Source of the DNA: the human T2T-CHM13v2.0 reference genome, Homo sapiens
DNA: 64,000 nt
Assembly: GCF_009914755.1 (NCBI RefSeq)
Contig: NC_060925.1
Direction: 5' to 3' (one strand)
Part shown: positions 13,352 to 29,117 of the stretch, piece by piece
Position numbering within the stretch: the first letter of the stretch is position 1
Layout of the letters: each line of letters opens with the position of its first letter
Position numbers and translations under genes: made by a program
The notes under the pieces: model-generated
Databases searched by the model: none
Told to the model about the DNA's origin: nothing
Seen by the model: the letters and a program-made list of their open reading frames with translations, nothing else

Positions 13352-13962
13352 AATAATATTTAATTTTAATGGTAGAAAGGAAGCTTCAACGGTTATTATC
13401 TTTATCTTATGCCTCCAGTCAGAGTTAGACCTAAATGATTCAAAATATCTATGGTTTTTCCCCCCTTCTTAAAGATTTCAAAAGAAGATTGTTTAATACT
13501 TCACTTGTATAGCAGTGACAACAACGTGGTTTAAGACCTTTCTGTTGTTTAAACTAAATCTCTATTGAGGTCATTGAAGTTCATTTCCTTTTTTATATAC
13601 CAAGAAAAATGTAACCAACATTTATATACAGGTAAGATTTATGGCCAGGAATGGCCATAATGTTTGCTATCAATAGAATATTTGGTCAGAGAAATGCAAA
13701 TCAAAACCACAATGAAATAGATCATCTGACCTGTTAGAATGGCTGTTATCAAAAAGACAAAAAATAACAAAACCTGGTGAGGATATAGAGAAAAAGAAAC
13801 TCTTAATACGCTATTGGTGGGAATATAAATTAGTGTAGCCATTATGGAAAACAGTATGGAGGTTCCTCAAAAACTAAAAATTGAACTACCATATGATTCA
13901 GCAGTCCCACCACTTGGTATTTATCCAGAGGAAAGAAAAACAGTGTATCAAAGAGATGACGC

Positions 13963-13998
13963 TCCCTGGTGGTCTAGTGGTTAGGATTTGGTGCTCTC
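13963..13998 (+). pseudogene. 5'-half tRNA-Glu(CTC) tailless retrocopy
   Basis: TCCCTGGTGGTCTAGTGGTTAGGATTtGGtGCTCTC = first 36 nt of tRNA-Glu-CTC with two CpG>TpG changes; no T-arm/B box; flanked by TSD tcaaagagat. Confidence 0.85.
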
Positions 13999-14002
13999 GC
14001 TG

Positions 14003-14014
14003 TCTCTCTCTCTT

Positions 14015-14052
<38 letters not shown>

Positions 14053-14068
14053 ACTGTCTCTCTGTCTT
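14003..14068. repeat. (CT)n microsatellite
   Basis: Directly visible. Confidence 0.9.
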
Positions 14069-16294
14069 TCAAAGAGATATCTGCACCCCTATGTTTATTG
14101 CAGCACTATTCACAATAGCTAGGATATGGAATCAACTTAAATGTCCATTAACAGATGAACAGATAAATTAAATGTGGTATATGTACATAGTGGAATACTA
14201 TTTAGCCATAAAGAAAAATGAAATTATGTCATTCACAGCAACATGAATGATCCTGGAAGCCATTATGTTAGGTGAAATAAGTCAGTCACAGAAAAATAAA
14301 TACCTCATGTTCTCTCTCATATGTAGGATCTTAAAAAGTTGAGCTCATAGAAGTAGAGAGTAGGACTGTGGTTACTGGAGTCTGGAAAAGGGAGATAGTC
14401 AGAGGTTGGTTAACAGATATAAAATTACAGGTAGGGGGAATAAGTTCTAGTGTTCTATAGCACTAAAGGGTGAATATAGTTAATGATAATTTATTGTATA
14501 TTTTCAAATAGCTAGAAAAGAGGATTTTGAATGTTCCTAACATAAATTATTTTTGATGCTAGATATGCTGATTACCTTGATTTGATCATTACATATTGCA
14601 TATATGTATTGAAATATCACTTCATACCACATAAATACGTACCATTATAATGCATCAATTTAAAATTTTTAAAAAGAGAGTATGTGATAGACTAGTCATG
14701 CATTGCTATGCTGGGGACAGCAAGGAACATGCTTAGAAGGCTGGGGACCCTACTTAAGCCCAACATAGTGCATAGTTTTAGTCTGAACCCATCTCCACTG
14801 GTAAATCCATGAACCAGTGAAACTAACAATGAATATGTAAAATTGACATCTTAGCACCTCCTTGACAGATGTGTTTAAAAACAATTCTGTTTTGTTTATC
14901 CACGTTAGGTATATGACAGTCTCTGAGAATCTTAATAGATCCTTTGTCTTTCTGAATGAAAAATAATCTGCATCTTAATTTGAGGAATAGGGTTATTCTA
15001 ATTATATCTGAAAATGCTTTTATATTCAGCAGTGTGTTTGCTGTTTTCTTTACTATAGTAGTAATCACATAGAATGTTTGCCCTGGAGGGAACAAGCATA
15101 GGTACGCCACAGAAGATAATGACCATTTGGATATTTCTATCTTTTTTTACCTGCATCTTTGGCCTGGATTCCATTTTCTTTACATTGAGTTTTATCTATT
15201 GCTTTCTTACTGTTTTCCCTGTTTGCTCTGGAGCTGTTTTCCAAGCCAATCCTGTTGTATAATTGAATTTATCACTAGAGGGCACAAGTGGTCAACAGAA
15301 AAGATATTGGTGAGCAGGCAGAATGGTGCCCTAAAGCTGAGCAGAAGACAAATTGCCTTTGTTTTTAAGGAATTGTTGAAGGACCGGGTTCAATGTAGTA
15401 AAGGTACTTGCCTCCCAACTTTTGGTATCATAGGATTGGAAGAGAATCTAGAGATATCTTGGATTAGGAACCAATTTTATGGTTAAGAAGACTGAGGCTC
15501 AGAGAAATTAAGAATTATTTGGGCATGACATCTCTGCTAGGTGAGCAACCTGTACCTTTTTTCAGGGAACCTCTTTGTTTGACTGTAGTGAAGCAAACCT
15601 GAAATTAGGACTTACATCCTTTTCTATTCCTTATTCATCCATTTGGTTTTTTTACTCAGCAGGTTACATGTTCGAATTGACTTGCTAGTAGCATCTCACC
15701 TCCTTGAGTGAAGGAACGTCTTCTTGAAGGACAACTTAAAAGCCTACTCAGAGTATCAAGATTCAGTGGGTAGAGCATCAGCATTCTTCTGCTGTCCTTG
15801 ACATAGGTGGGTAGTTATGTATGTCAGGAAGTAAGACTTTTCATACTTTTCTTTTCCCCTAGAATCTCTATTGCTTTTAGATAAATCAGGTGGCACTCAA
15901 TCTGAACAAAATCACTGAAACCTTACCCTCAAAGTTAGCAATGTAGCTGTCCCCATCCAGAATGCAATCAGTAGGTCTGGATTACTAATCATCCCTCAAA
16001 ACTGATTGGTAAAGGAGATAGTGTTAAAGAGTTACTAAATTATAGATATCAAGGTACCTGCCTTAGATAACTGGGGGTATGCTCGTGGAGAGATCTGTTG
16101 GTAAAAGTCTTCTAAAAGAGTTAAGCTATTAAATGCAAGGTTTTCAAACTACATGAAAGAACACAATTGGAATTTGCTAGCAGAGCTGAGTTTTGAACTT
16201 TAACAGAAAATAAATGCCATAGAAATAAATAGAAATATACCAGAAGCCACTAAATGCATTTTCCATTTTGTCCTGCCTTCACTTTTGTAAGCAT

Positions 16295-17500
16295 CTTAAT
16301 TCAACAAGTGCTTTTAAGCGCCGATTATGATCAAGCACTTTTCTAGATTCTGGGGATGCAACAATGAACAAACAGCCCTGCTCTTACGGAATTTACATTC
16401 TAGTGGGGGAGACAGACAAAATAAATATATAAAGTAAATACTATGTTAAAAGGTGATACGTGCTATGGAAAAACCATATAGAGTAGGCTAAGGAGGAATC
16501 AGAAGTGCCAACATGGAAGGAGGTTGACATTATAAGTAGGGTGGTCAGGATAGGCCTTACTGAGAAAATATGATTTAAGCCTAGTCTTAAAGGAAGCAAG
16601 GTGGGAAACTATGTGGATATGTAGGGGTAGAGTGTTATGGACAGAGGGAATAGCAATTGCAAAGACCCTAAGATAGGTGTCTGGCATGCTTGAGGACAGG
16701 TTAAAAAAAATCAATGTGGCTACAGTGGAATGTGCAAGAAGGCCAAATGGCATCGACTGATAAGTTATTATAAGAACTTTGGCTTTTGTAGTTTTGAGCA
16801 CAAGAGTGACATGATTATATTTATATTTTAAAGGATTACTGCCTGCTATTTTAGAGAATGTACTCTGGGAGGACATTGGTGGAAGCAGGGACATCAGTTA
16901 GGAGGCCATTATAATACAGTAATCCAGGAGAAAACTGACGGTGGTTTGTACCAGGATAATAGCAGGCAGTAAAGATGCTGAGAAGTTGTCATATTCAGGA
17001 TATATTTTGAAGTTAGAACCAATGAGATTTGCTGTTTTCTTGGATATCAGGTGAGAAAACAGAAGGTCAAGGTTGACACTAAGACTTTTTAGCTAAGGCA
17101 ACTAAAAGCATGGAATTTTATTAATTGAGATGGAGAATACTACAGGAAGAATACAGAATACATTTGGTGGGGGAAAAGTAGACATTTGGTTTTGGTTTTA
17201 GAATTGTTAAATCTAATAGGTCTGATTGACATATTTCTACATGGAAATGTCAAGAGGACAGTTAGATGTAGGAATCTGCAATTCAGGTTTAAGGGCCAAG
17301 CTGGAACTACATCTTGGATATCAGTAAACCTAAAGATTGGATTTTAAAACCATGAGATTGAATGTGACCACGAAGAGAATGAATGTAGACAGAGAAGAGG
17401 CCGAAAGAGCCCTGGAGCACTCCGAAATTCAAATTGAGGAGAAGGGGAAGAATCAGCAAAGGAAACTGAGCAATCCTGGTACCTGACCCTGAGAATATGG
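16295..17500 (-). mobile_element. L2 3' region
   Basis: ttcaacaag...ggggatgcaacaatgaacaaa...tttacattctagtgggggagacagac pattern. Confidence 0.75.
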
Positions 17501-17913
17501 ATGCAGTTTCCCCCTTTTTCCAAAACGAAATCAAACAAAACACATGGAACAATAGGCAGTTTTATCATTGTTCTTATTTTACCTTTTTTTTTTTTTCAAG
17601 GGCTATTTCCCATGAAATCTGCTCAGTCTGTTTATAAATGGACCATGCAATGGTATAGGAGACCTGGACATTCCAGGGCATCTTCTGGTGTCTTTTGAGC
17701 TAGAAATTGCTTCCTTTCTGCAACCTTGTCTAGAGGCCTTTGAAGTCCAGGGATGTCATAAGACTCTTCTTACTACATCAGAGGGATTCTATTAATTACC
17801 ATGTCTGCAAATGATCTGTTAACTTACCTCTTGGTCTCCTTTGCCAAATTTTCTTCAGCTCTATTACATCTTTGAATAAATGTCACTTCAATTTCAGTTA
17901 AGAAGACTCTTGA

Positions 17914-18265
<352 letters not shown>

Positions 18266-18514
18266 TTAAAATTTGATTTCTCTGGGGTGGCTAGAATGAC
18301 AGTTACAGACTAAATTTAAAGCTAAAAAATACTTTAAAGGTCACCTAGTTAACACTGTCATTTTAAAGTTAACAGCTGAGGCCCAGGAGATTAAGTACCT
18401 TGCTAGTGTCACATAGTTGTAGTCCTAGTGCACAGCTGTTGCACTACCTTCCAAATTTGTATCTTTATATCTGTTATATCTCTTATATCATATTACATAC
18501 TGTTATGACAAATA

Positions 18515-18700
18515 ATATAGCATAATAGTTAAGAGGACACACCCAGGAGCTAGACTCCCTGCATTTAACCCCAGCTTAACCATTTAACTACTTTGGATAG
18601 GTTATTTAACCTTTGTATGCCTCAGTTTCCTCATCTGTAAAGTAGGGATAATAATAGTCTACCTCTTAGAGTTGTGAAATGAAAATGAGCTAATACATTT
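18515..18700 (+). mobile_element. MIR
   Basis: gcctcagtttcctcatctgtaaa core. Confidence 0.75.
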
Positions 18701-21700
18701 AAATAGAGATGATTACAATCCATTTAAATTATTTTCCAAATCTACAAGTTCCTACATCTGGATGAGAGTAAGGCTTTCGGAATACTTTTATTGGCCTTAG
18801 GATCACATGATTTTGAAGTTATTAATTTATCCTTAAAGAATGGATTATTTGGAGAGTCACAGAAGTAGCCCCAAATCTTCTATAACTCCAACATGTGTTC
18901 TGACACATAACTGAAGAATTTTGAGGAATAAGGTTTAAAGGAGATTGCTGAAGTAGGGGGAAAGAAATGAGTAGAAAGGAAAGGAACAAGAACTAAATGT
19001 TTCAAATTGTGTTTGGAACCTGTTAAGCATCTGATCAAGTCAAGTCCCTGCAGCTTCTCTGTCAAGCAAGCAGGCTTTCATTTTTATGCCTAAATAACCC
19101 ATCCCATTTATGCTTCTTTGCCAGTGCTTCCAACAGTCCTAGTTTCAGAGATCTTTACTATTTTTTCCCACCTTCTTCCTTTGAGTAAATAGCAGCCCTT
19201 TTTCTCCAATTTTTCACAGCGTTGCTTCTGGCTATTTGCTGGATCCTTTCTCTCGAGCAGAATTTTTTAATCTTGTGAAACCACTTTATCTGCTGGAGGG
19301 TATCCAGCAACTTTCTGTCCACTCTCCACCACCAGTCAGTATTTTTGCCATTCTCCTTTTAGGTAAAATCCTAAGTCTGTTTTGTTTTCCTCTCTCTCTG
19401 GGGCTCGATTGCCTAATATGGTAAGGTATTTCCCAGACAAGATTGCGCTGTGGAGTTAGAACAACAGTTTGACTAAGTTTAAAGACATGGTAGGTGAGCT
19501 ATCTAATAGTTATTTATGTAGTAAAGTAATATTTTTTTTTGCAGTATATTACATAACAACCAAAATCTATTTTTTAAGCAAGCCTCTGTTGCTTTTAACA
19601 GACTTAAAGAGATAATAAAATATAGATTTTTCTCCTCTTAACCTGTTTAGGCAGATTTTTTTTTTTAAAAGGGAAAGATAGCTCGTCCCCAGAATGAAAG
19701 GGTTTTGAAAAGTCTGAGAAATTTGATAACATGATAATGTTCATAAGGATATAAAAGTAAGGGTAAACTTGATAAGCAATGGCTGTTATAAACAGTCCTG
19801 TGGTAGCCAGCCTCTGGGAATTGGCAGGCATTCCACGTGTAGAAAAGCAAGCTGTCCTGGATTTCTGCAATTGATGACGATGCGCAGTCCCAGGGAAAAA
19901 GATAGAGACTGAGAAATGGCAGCCAACCAACTCTGTATGTGGGAAGCTGCCTGTTATCCAGCATGCACTGAGGAATCTTCTCTAGTGGTTGACTCCACAT
20001 TGGCCTCGAAGGATCTTTCCTCTCACTGTACATTTGCTCTTGCTTTGCAACTATAGTTTCTTAAAATACTGCAGATGCTGTGATTTTCTATATATGGGTT
20101 GTGTCTTGCTGTAGCCCAAGCTGTATAAACCATCTTAAGAACAAAGTTTCTTTTGGCATCTTCCTTTTATGGACTCTATTAATTTTAGGTCGTGCTGTTG
20201 CCCAGGAAATCTCAGTAATCAAAGCTCACATGTATTCCTTTGAGACCCTGTAATTTTTGGACCTAGTGTCCCATTACATCAGTGAATTCTGCTTTAATCA
20301 TAAATCTTTTTTAAGATAGAATAAATTGATCTTTGAGGTATCTGTTTGGACTTCTCTCATGCATCTCATCCAAAGATGTGAAAGGTTTATCCAGCTACTA
20401 AGGATAGTATAGTTAACTTCTTGACCTTTTCTTTTTTTGATTTCTTCTTCTGCCTCCAATTGCTTTCAAGATATTAGTTTGTGTTAGTGACTTGTGACCT
20501 TATGTCTTTTTATTATAGGAACAGAGATGAGCTTAAAACTCTGCTGGAGCTTTTTAAAAAAAATGTTTATAAAAGATAGTAAATTTCATTAAAGAAAATT
20601 CATGAAGTATAGAAAAATATAAAGTGGTAGCTCTCAAAAGCAGCAGGAGAATTGCTAAAGGAGTTTGTAAAAATTCATAGGGCTACTTTCAGGGAATACA
20701 GCGATGGGGGATGTTCTGCATGCATTAAGTGGAAAGGGTGAGAGATGCTAGATATCCTAAAATGCCCCATATCAAACAAGTATCCTGAAGCTTGCTTGAC
20801 TTTTGACTGTCTCCCTTGACAGTCATAGATGAAAACCTATCAGTTATCTGAGTCTAAAACCAAACTTGATTTTATGTTTAAGCTCATTTTTGAGGGGCAG
20901 TGGGGAGGAAGACAGTTCTAAAAATTCAACCACCATGTAAGTGAGGAGAAACTGCTCTTAGTTTTATTTATCCCTGACAGCAATGCCACTTACATAATGC
21001 GTACATCATGCTACACGTTCTGTAGATCTGCATTTAACCTCTGCCTTCATGGTAACTATATGATGCATCCAAATCTCTGACTGCTTCTTTATGCCTTCTA
21101 CTTTACTGGCCCAAGCATTAACACATTAAAATACATATTTTATTATAAAGTGCTTTGCTCTTTATTTCTTCTTCATATTCTGTTATTTTTAAAATGATTT
21201 TAGTTTTATATCAGTGATTTTTATTTCAGGATAGTAAGGGGGTGTTAAAAATATTTGTTATGAAAAGGGATTGTTTCAGCTATGAAAGCTAAGAAAAAAT
21301 TGTCCATAACCATCCATAACTATACTTTTCAGAAGAAATTATTAACATTCTAGTGAATTTCCTGCTGGTATTTTTCCAAAGTTTTTCTTTTTAAAAAACG
21401 TATTCAAAACCAACTAATGACATTCTTTAGAAAAGGATCATTGTCAACTTGAGCATTCCTGGGACACCATCATTACTATGATGACAATTTTATAAGGTTG
21501 TCTTCAAAGCACTTGGGTTCAACTCTTTTATCAAAGTAGTCCTATGATGGCGTTGATCATAGACAGCCCCAGGAATAATTGTTTCTCTTTCAGTTGAAGT
21601 CTAAGAGTTACCTCGGTTACAGAAGTATTCATTTCTCCTGTTGATAGCATGGCTGGAGAGCCTTAACCATGGCTTAGGCTTAGCTAATGTTAGAGTTCTA

Positions 21701-22674
21701 GCCCCATGATTGAGGTAGAAAGCTTGATGTGGGATTTGAAGTCCTTTTTCAGCAAATGGAATGTTTATAGATTTGCCCCAGCAGGAATGTTGAGCTTAAG
21801 GCACTAACAGACGTTACCTTTAGAAGTGTTATTTTGGTAGAATCTCAAAGGTAGGATAGTAGGACTACCTATCCCAAGCTGTAAAGCTTCCTGTATAAAG
21901 CTTGTAAAAATGTAAAGATGAATGGCCACCACCTCCCAATTTTAACTTTTCTCCATACTGTCTCAGTCTTCAGTAAAGCAAGTTCAAGGATCAGATAGCA
22001 GCCATTTAGTGACATGAATCTCTTCGTAGAGAAACCATAGTTTTGTAACCTAGTATGATCCTTTAAGGTACATAAATGTTCACACAGATGTGCCTTCATA
22101 GAATATGTACTTTTAAGAAACTCTTAACTTTTTTATAGTTTAAATTTTTAAAAATGTTTTATTACAACCTGAACTCTTACACCTTAAACTATGTCAGTAT
22201 TATTGGCTACCAAGAGGAAAGCAGGGAAGTTTTAAAAATCCATTGGCAAATTAATACCTAGCATAATACATAATACAAGTACTTATTATGGTCTTGGAGC
22301 TTATAGCTCTTGTTATGTTTCTGAAAAATTTTTTCAGGAAACAGAAGCATTTTAAAGGCAAACAACATGTTTGAGTATTATGTCACCAAATAAAACATTG
22401 TATACTTTAAGATGGCATTTTAGGAGTTGGAGGACTTTCAAAAGTGATATGCCAAATGGGCGAAACATGGGGCTGTTTATGGTGACTGAATGCTGTATTT
22501 CTCATTTCTCGAAATGTCTGGTATAGCTACTACTTGCTGGCTGTTGTGAAGAGTCAACACTCTGCCTTTCTGAGGCTGATAGGGAAAGCAGATGTTTATA
22601 CCTATTCTCCGGCAGAACATGTTGGTGGTGGGACAGTGGTAGCAGCCTCACTTCATCTTTGGCACGTGATGCTC

Positions 22675-22900
22675 TAGGTCCGCAAACTTTTTATGAAAAG
22701 GGCCTGATAGTAAATATTTTCCACTTTACTGGCCACGTAATCTGTTGCAATGACTGAACTCCACTGTTGTAATGGGAAAGCAGCCACAGACAATATGTAA
22801 CTAAATGGGAGTGACTATGTTCCAATAAAACTTTATTTACAAAAGCAGGCCGGTGGACTGGATTTGGCCTGCAGGCCACGCTGCAGTTTGCTGGCCTCTG
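22675..22900 (+). mobile_element. MER58A-like hAT element
   Basis: gcaaacttttt...aagggcc...gttccaataaaactttatttacaaaa...ggatttggcc...agtttgc; ctctaggt at both ends. Confidence 0.8.
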
Positions 22901-24659
22901 CTCTAGGTTACTGATAGAAAAAGTATTTGCTAATGTCAACATAACTCCAAATGTCAATTTTCTCTCATCCAAGCACTTCTCTGATAACTCAGCATTGTGC
23001 CAATTCCCCTGATTCTTTGTTATCAGCAACAGTTTGTTGGGGAACATCATGTGTTTAGAGGGATAAATGTTGTTTGGGGCAGCATTAATGAGTTTTGGTC
23101 ATGCAGCAGGAAGCAAGCTGTAAAACTTCCTGAATGAGAAAGTGAAGGAGAGAGGGGGAGTTGCTTCCATGTCATTTTAAATATAGTCTCTCTGTTATGT
23201 TTTAGTTCATTACCTTTTGAGGAGAAAGTCTGAAATGGTTCTCCTAGCGTGTCCCTATCTGTTTTTCTCATCTGATCCTATTCCTTCTTACTTCCCAAGG
23301 ACCAGTCTTTGAGGTTAGCTAAGATTATAGTTGGGAATATATAATCACTTAATACTTGAAATTTAGCTTTTGTAGATTATGACCGTAAGTAAATTTGCCT
23401 TTAAGGCTCACAGGTTCTTGGAAGAGTGCCTGTCAGAAGATTGTTAGTTGCTGTCATTCACTTTAATTGCTTGTTGTCATTTGAATTCCTTAATTAGGAG
23501 TAGATTATGGAATTTACTAGTCTTTTTGCCTTGTCAACGCTTAGTCTACTGAATATGTGCAGGAAAAACATTTTGGGGATTTGTGGAGGGGATGACAGAA
23601 ATCTTCAAAGTGATGACCCTGTGCTTGCTTGAAATGATAGTTAGGAGGGATGGATGTGGGGGAAGAGAAGCTGAAATCCTGATTCTTCAACAATTTTAAG
23701 GAAAAAAGTGATGAAAACTGACATTAATATGTCACAGTAAAGACTCATATAAGGTGTGGGAATTGAGCATGGGATGGCATAATTAATTTTGTGCCAAATA
23801 AACAAAATCAGATCCTTTCTTGAGAATAAATGTTCACACAGATGTGCCTTTATAGAATATGTACTTTTAAAAAACTCCATATATGACATGTTGTATGAGA
23901 AGGCCTCTCTTAGATCACTGGTGACCTCTAGTACTTTGGACTAAAACTAATGAAATATTATTTAGGCAGTTTATGTATCATTTCTGGAGTTCTTGACTTA
24001 GAGCTAAGGGCGTGTGTAGATACTGATATCCAGCAAGCTGAGCCATTTTCAACTATAATAACCTAATGGGTAAAGCTTCTATAGTAGTCTCCTTCAAACC
24101 TGTCAGTAGCAATCACTGGGGTTATTTGTTTACAATGTAGGTTTTTAGACCTCTCCCCTTGAGATTCTGGATAAGGAGGTGACATGGTGGTAGCGGGTGG
24201 AAGTCCTGGAAATCTATATTGTAAAGGTCTTCCAAAGTGTTTCTTAACAGGCAAGTCTGATGGATAGTGTTCCTAGAGGTATAATGTTTAGGGATTGCTA
24301 ACATCCCAGGTAGGCCAATCATTAAAGAGTAGGATTAACTGTAGCACACTAAAGAAGCTTAGAGCCAACCTCTACTCCTTTCTGTCCTCCCGAAATACAC
24401 ATTTAACCCAGAGTACCAAATTCTCAAAGACCCTCTAGGACAATTGAGTCCCATTTGGGATGTCTTTTGCTCTCATGCAGCATGTGTTTATTCAGTCAAC
24501 ATATATTTATTGATGAGCCATTATATGTCAGGCACTATGCATTAGAGATGCAAAAATGTACAAGGTAGACAAAATTCCTGACCTCATAATACTCACATTT
24601 TATTTATTTATTTTTGATATGTATTATAGATATTGGAGTTATCCAATACAAGTTTTATT

Positions 24660-24882
24660 CAGGCAAGTATATATATATTATATATTATATATTTATACTA
24701 ATATAATATATAATATAATAATATTTATACTATTTATTAATTTATAATATAATTTATATTTATTAATTTATAATACATATAAATTATATCCAAATTTATA
24801 CAATAATTTAAAATATAATTTATTAATATAAATATAACAATTATATCATAATATAATAATATATAATATATATTATATATAT
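24660..24882. repeat. AT-rich low-complexity tract
   Basis: Nearly pure A/T (TA)/(TAA) degenerate repeat. Confidence 0.9.
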
Positions 24883-24900
24883 TAGCAGAGTCTTTTAAAG

Positions 24901-25705
<805 letters not shown>

Positions 25706-26724
25706 AATACTCACATTTTAATAGGGCAAGGGATATTTCTATTAGACATCCAAGTTGAGATGTCAAGTAGACATTTGTCAACTAGGAATTTGGACTTTAT
25801 GGGAGATATTAAAGCTGGAGAAATACAGACATGGAAGTCATTGCTTTAGTGCTGGTATTTAGAGTCAGAAGACTGGGTGAGATCACCAAAAAGCATAATT
25901 AAAGCAGAAAAGAAGTCACCTGACTAGGCTCTAGGATATTCCAGGGCTAACCCTAGAAAAGAGCAGGAATATTTCTTCCATGATACATATACAGACAGTT
26001 GTTGAATCTCTTGTTGTGAAAGTGAGATCATGCCGATCTGACTTATTGTGATACATACACACATACCCCTTTATACCTAGAGAGCAATTAGAGCCTAGGG
26101 TCCAGGTGAAAGATAATGTGCTGAGTTTCTGATGGTAGGTGTGGAGAGAATGGAACAATGTAAGAAATATGAAAACTCAGCAGGATTTGATGTTTTACTA
26201 GATGTGGATGATAAAAGCATAAAGAGCAGTCCCAAGGTATTTGGGAAGATGCATGGAATTGGCTTTGGAGCCAGAAGACCTAGGTTCAAAGCTTGTTGCA
26301 TCTCTTATTAGCTGGGTGGTCTTGGAAAAGTAATTTAACCTCTCTGAGCTCTGAAAGTTCTTTAATCTGTAAAAATGAGATTATTATCCTTGTTTTGTAG
26401 GCTTGATACAAGGAACAGCAGTAATAATGTATATAAAGGGTTTAGCACAGTGCCTACATTTGGTAAATTTTTAAATAAATAAAGGCAGCTCATATGGTAG
26501 TATTTCACCAGTCTCCTCTCCTCCCATCTTTGAGCTTTCATACATGGTATTTTCATTCTCTAGAATTCTCTTCCTCTTACTTTACTGCCTCTTCCTCTCC
26601 CTACTCCACTTTTTAAAAACATATTCATGTTTTAGGTTAAGCACCACCTCCTCTAAGAAGCCTTCCTTTGACCCCCTCCCTGGACCAGACTAGGTTTCCC
26701 CTAGCACTGTGAATTTATCTTTAA

Positions 26725-27133
<409 letters not shown>

Positions 27134-27747
27134 TAGAGAACAATGCAATGCATGATATTCATTTTTTATTATGATGACTGCATAGATAATATGCCATTAA
27201 TAAGATTGAGAATTCAGGAGGAAGAATATGTTTGGGGATGAAGATAATGATTTTGCTTTTGGACATGCTGAGTTCAAGATACCTATCAGACATAAGAAAG
27301 TAAATGTCCTATAGGCAATTAGATACATGGGTATGAAGTATAGGGAAGTTCCAGGGCTAGAGATAAAGAGTTGAAAGGTATCAGCTTGCTGATAATAGTT
27401 TTAAGCTATGAAAAATACATTTCCCAAGGTTAACTTTTAGAGCAGTGATTCCCAACTTCTTTTCTTCCCCAGAATTCTGATGGATATGAGGTACTCACTG
27501 TGTAACTGTGGTTCAATGTCTCAATGACTCTGAAGCAAAGGCAAGCAAAAGGAGCATGTTTCCCAGGGAAGGCCGATTATCAGAATGATTGTGGGGTGCT
27601 AAGGAGGGCCACTGCTATGAAAAGAGTACACAGTTTAGAACAGAGCCAGGGCACACCACTGTTTGAGATGGCAGAAGGGGAGAGGTACCTATGAAAGAGA
27701 TCAACAGGGAAATGATCAGAGAAGAAGGAAAAGAGCCTGGAAAGGAG

Positions 27748-27857
27748 AGTTCTGCTTTTAGCTCTTGGAGGAATTGCCAACACTGCTTTACACAGTGAAT
27801 ACTCCCACCAATAGTGTATAAGCATTTCCTTTTTTCTGCAACCTTGCCAGCATCTGG

Positions 27858-27889
<32 letters not shown>

Positions 27890-29117
27890 CTTTTCTTTTC
27901 TTTTTTTAACTTTTTACTAATAGCCATTCTGACTGGTGTGAGATGGTATCTCATTGTGGTTTTGATTTGCATTTCTCTAATCATCAGTGATATTGAGCTT
28001 TTTTTCATATGCTTGTTGACTGCATGTATGTCTTCTTTTGAAAAGTCTCTGTTCCTGTCCTTTGCCCATTTTTTAATTGGGTTTTGTTTTTCTCTTGTAA
28101 ATTTAAGTTTCTTATAGATGCTACATATTATACCTTCGTCAGATGCATAGTTTGCAAATATTTTCTCCTATTCTGTAGGTTGTCTGTACTCTGTTGATAG
28201 TTTCTTTTGCTGTGCAGAAGCTCATAAGTTCAATTAGATCCTACTAGTCAATTTTTGCTTTTGTTGCGATTGCTTTTGGTGTCCTCGTCATGAAATCTTT
28301 GCCCATTTCTATGTCCAGGATGGTATTGCCTAGGTTGTCTCCAGGGTTTTTGTAGTTTGGGGTTTATATTTAAGTCTTTAATCCATCCTGAGTTGATTTT
28401 TGTGTATGGTGCAAGGAAGGTGTCTAGCTTCAGTCTTTTGCATATGGCTAGCCAGTTATCCCAGCACCATTTACTGAATAGGAAGTCTTTTCCCCATTGC
28501 TTGTTTTTGTCAGCTTTGTCGAAGATCAGATGGTTGTAGGTGTGCAACCTTATTTCAGGGCTCTCTATTCTATTCCATTGGTCTGTGTGCTGGGTATATA
28601 CTCAGAGGAATATAAATCATTCTACCCTAAAGACACATGCATGCGAATGTTCATTGTAGCACTATTCACAATAGCAAAGACATAGAGTCAACCTAAATGC
28701 CCATCAGTGACAGACTGGATAAAGAAAATGTGGTACATATACACCATAGAATACTATGCAGCCATAAAAAAGAGTGAGATCATGTCTTTTGTGGGAACAA
28801 GGATGGAGCTGGAAGCCATTATCCTTAGCAAACTAATGCAGGAACAGAAAACCAAATACCACATGTTGTCACTTATAAGTGGAAGCTAAGTGATGAGAAC
28901 TTATGAACACAAAGAAGGAAACAACAGACACTGGGGTCTACTTGAGGGAGGAGGGTAGGAGGAGGGAGAGGAGCAGAAAAGATAACTATTGGGTACTAGG
29001 CATAATACATGGGTGATTAATCTATGCAACAAACCCCTGTGACACAAGTTTACCTATGTAACAAACCTTCACATGTACCCCAGAACCTAAAATAAAAGTG
29101 TTTGTTTTTTTAAAAAA
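27748..29117. mobile_element. 5'-inverted (twin-primed) L1PA: 27748-28589 minus, 28590-29117 plus
   Basis: ORF2 peptides on minus strand ([31 protein letters not shown]), then plus-strand 3' end with aataaa at 29091. Confidence 0.88.

Larger units (their letters stand above)
13690..14675 (+). mobile_element. L1MA-type 3' end (interrupted by tRNA-half insertion)
   Basis: gaaatgcaaatcaaaaccacaatg, MFIAALFTIA motif, L1 3'UTR. Confidence 0.85.

Noticed and set aside
13963-13998. Functional tRNA-Glu gene
   Set aside because: Only the 5' half is present; no T-arm, B box or 3' acceptor strand
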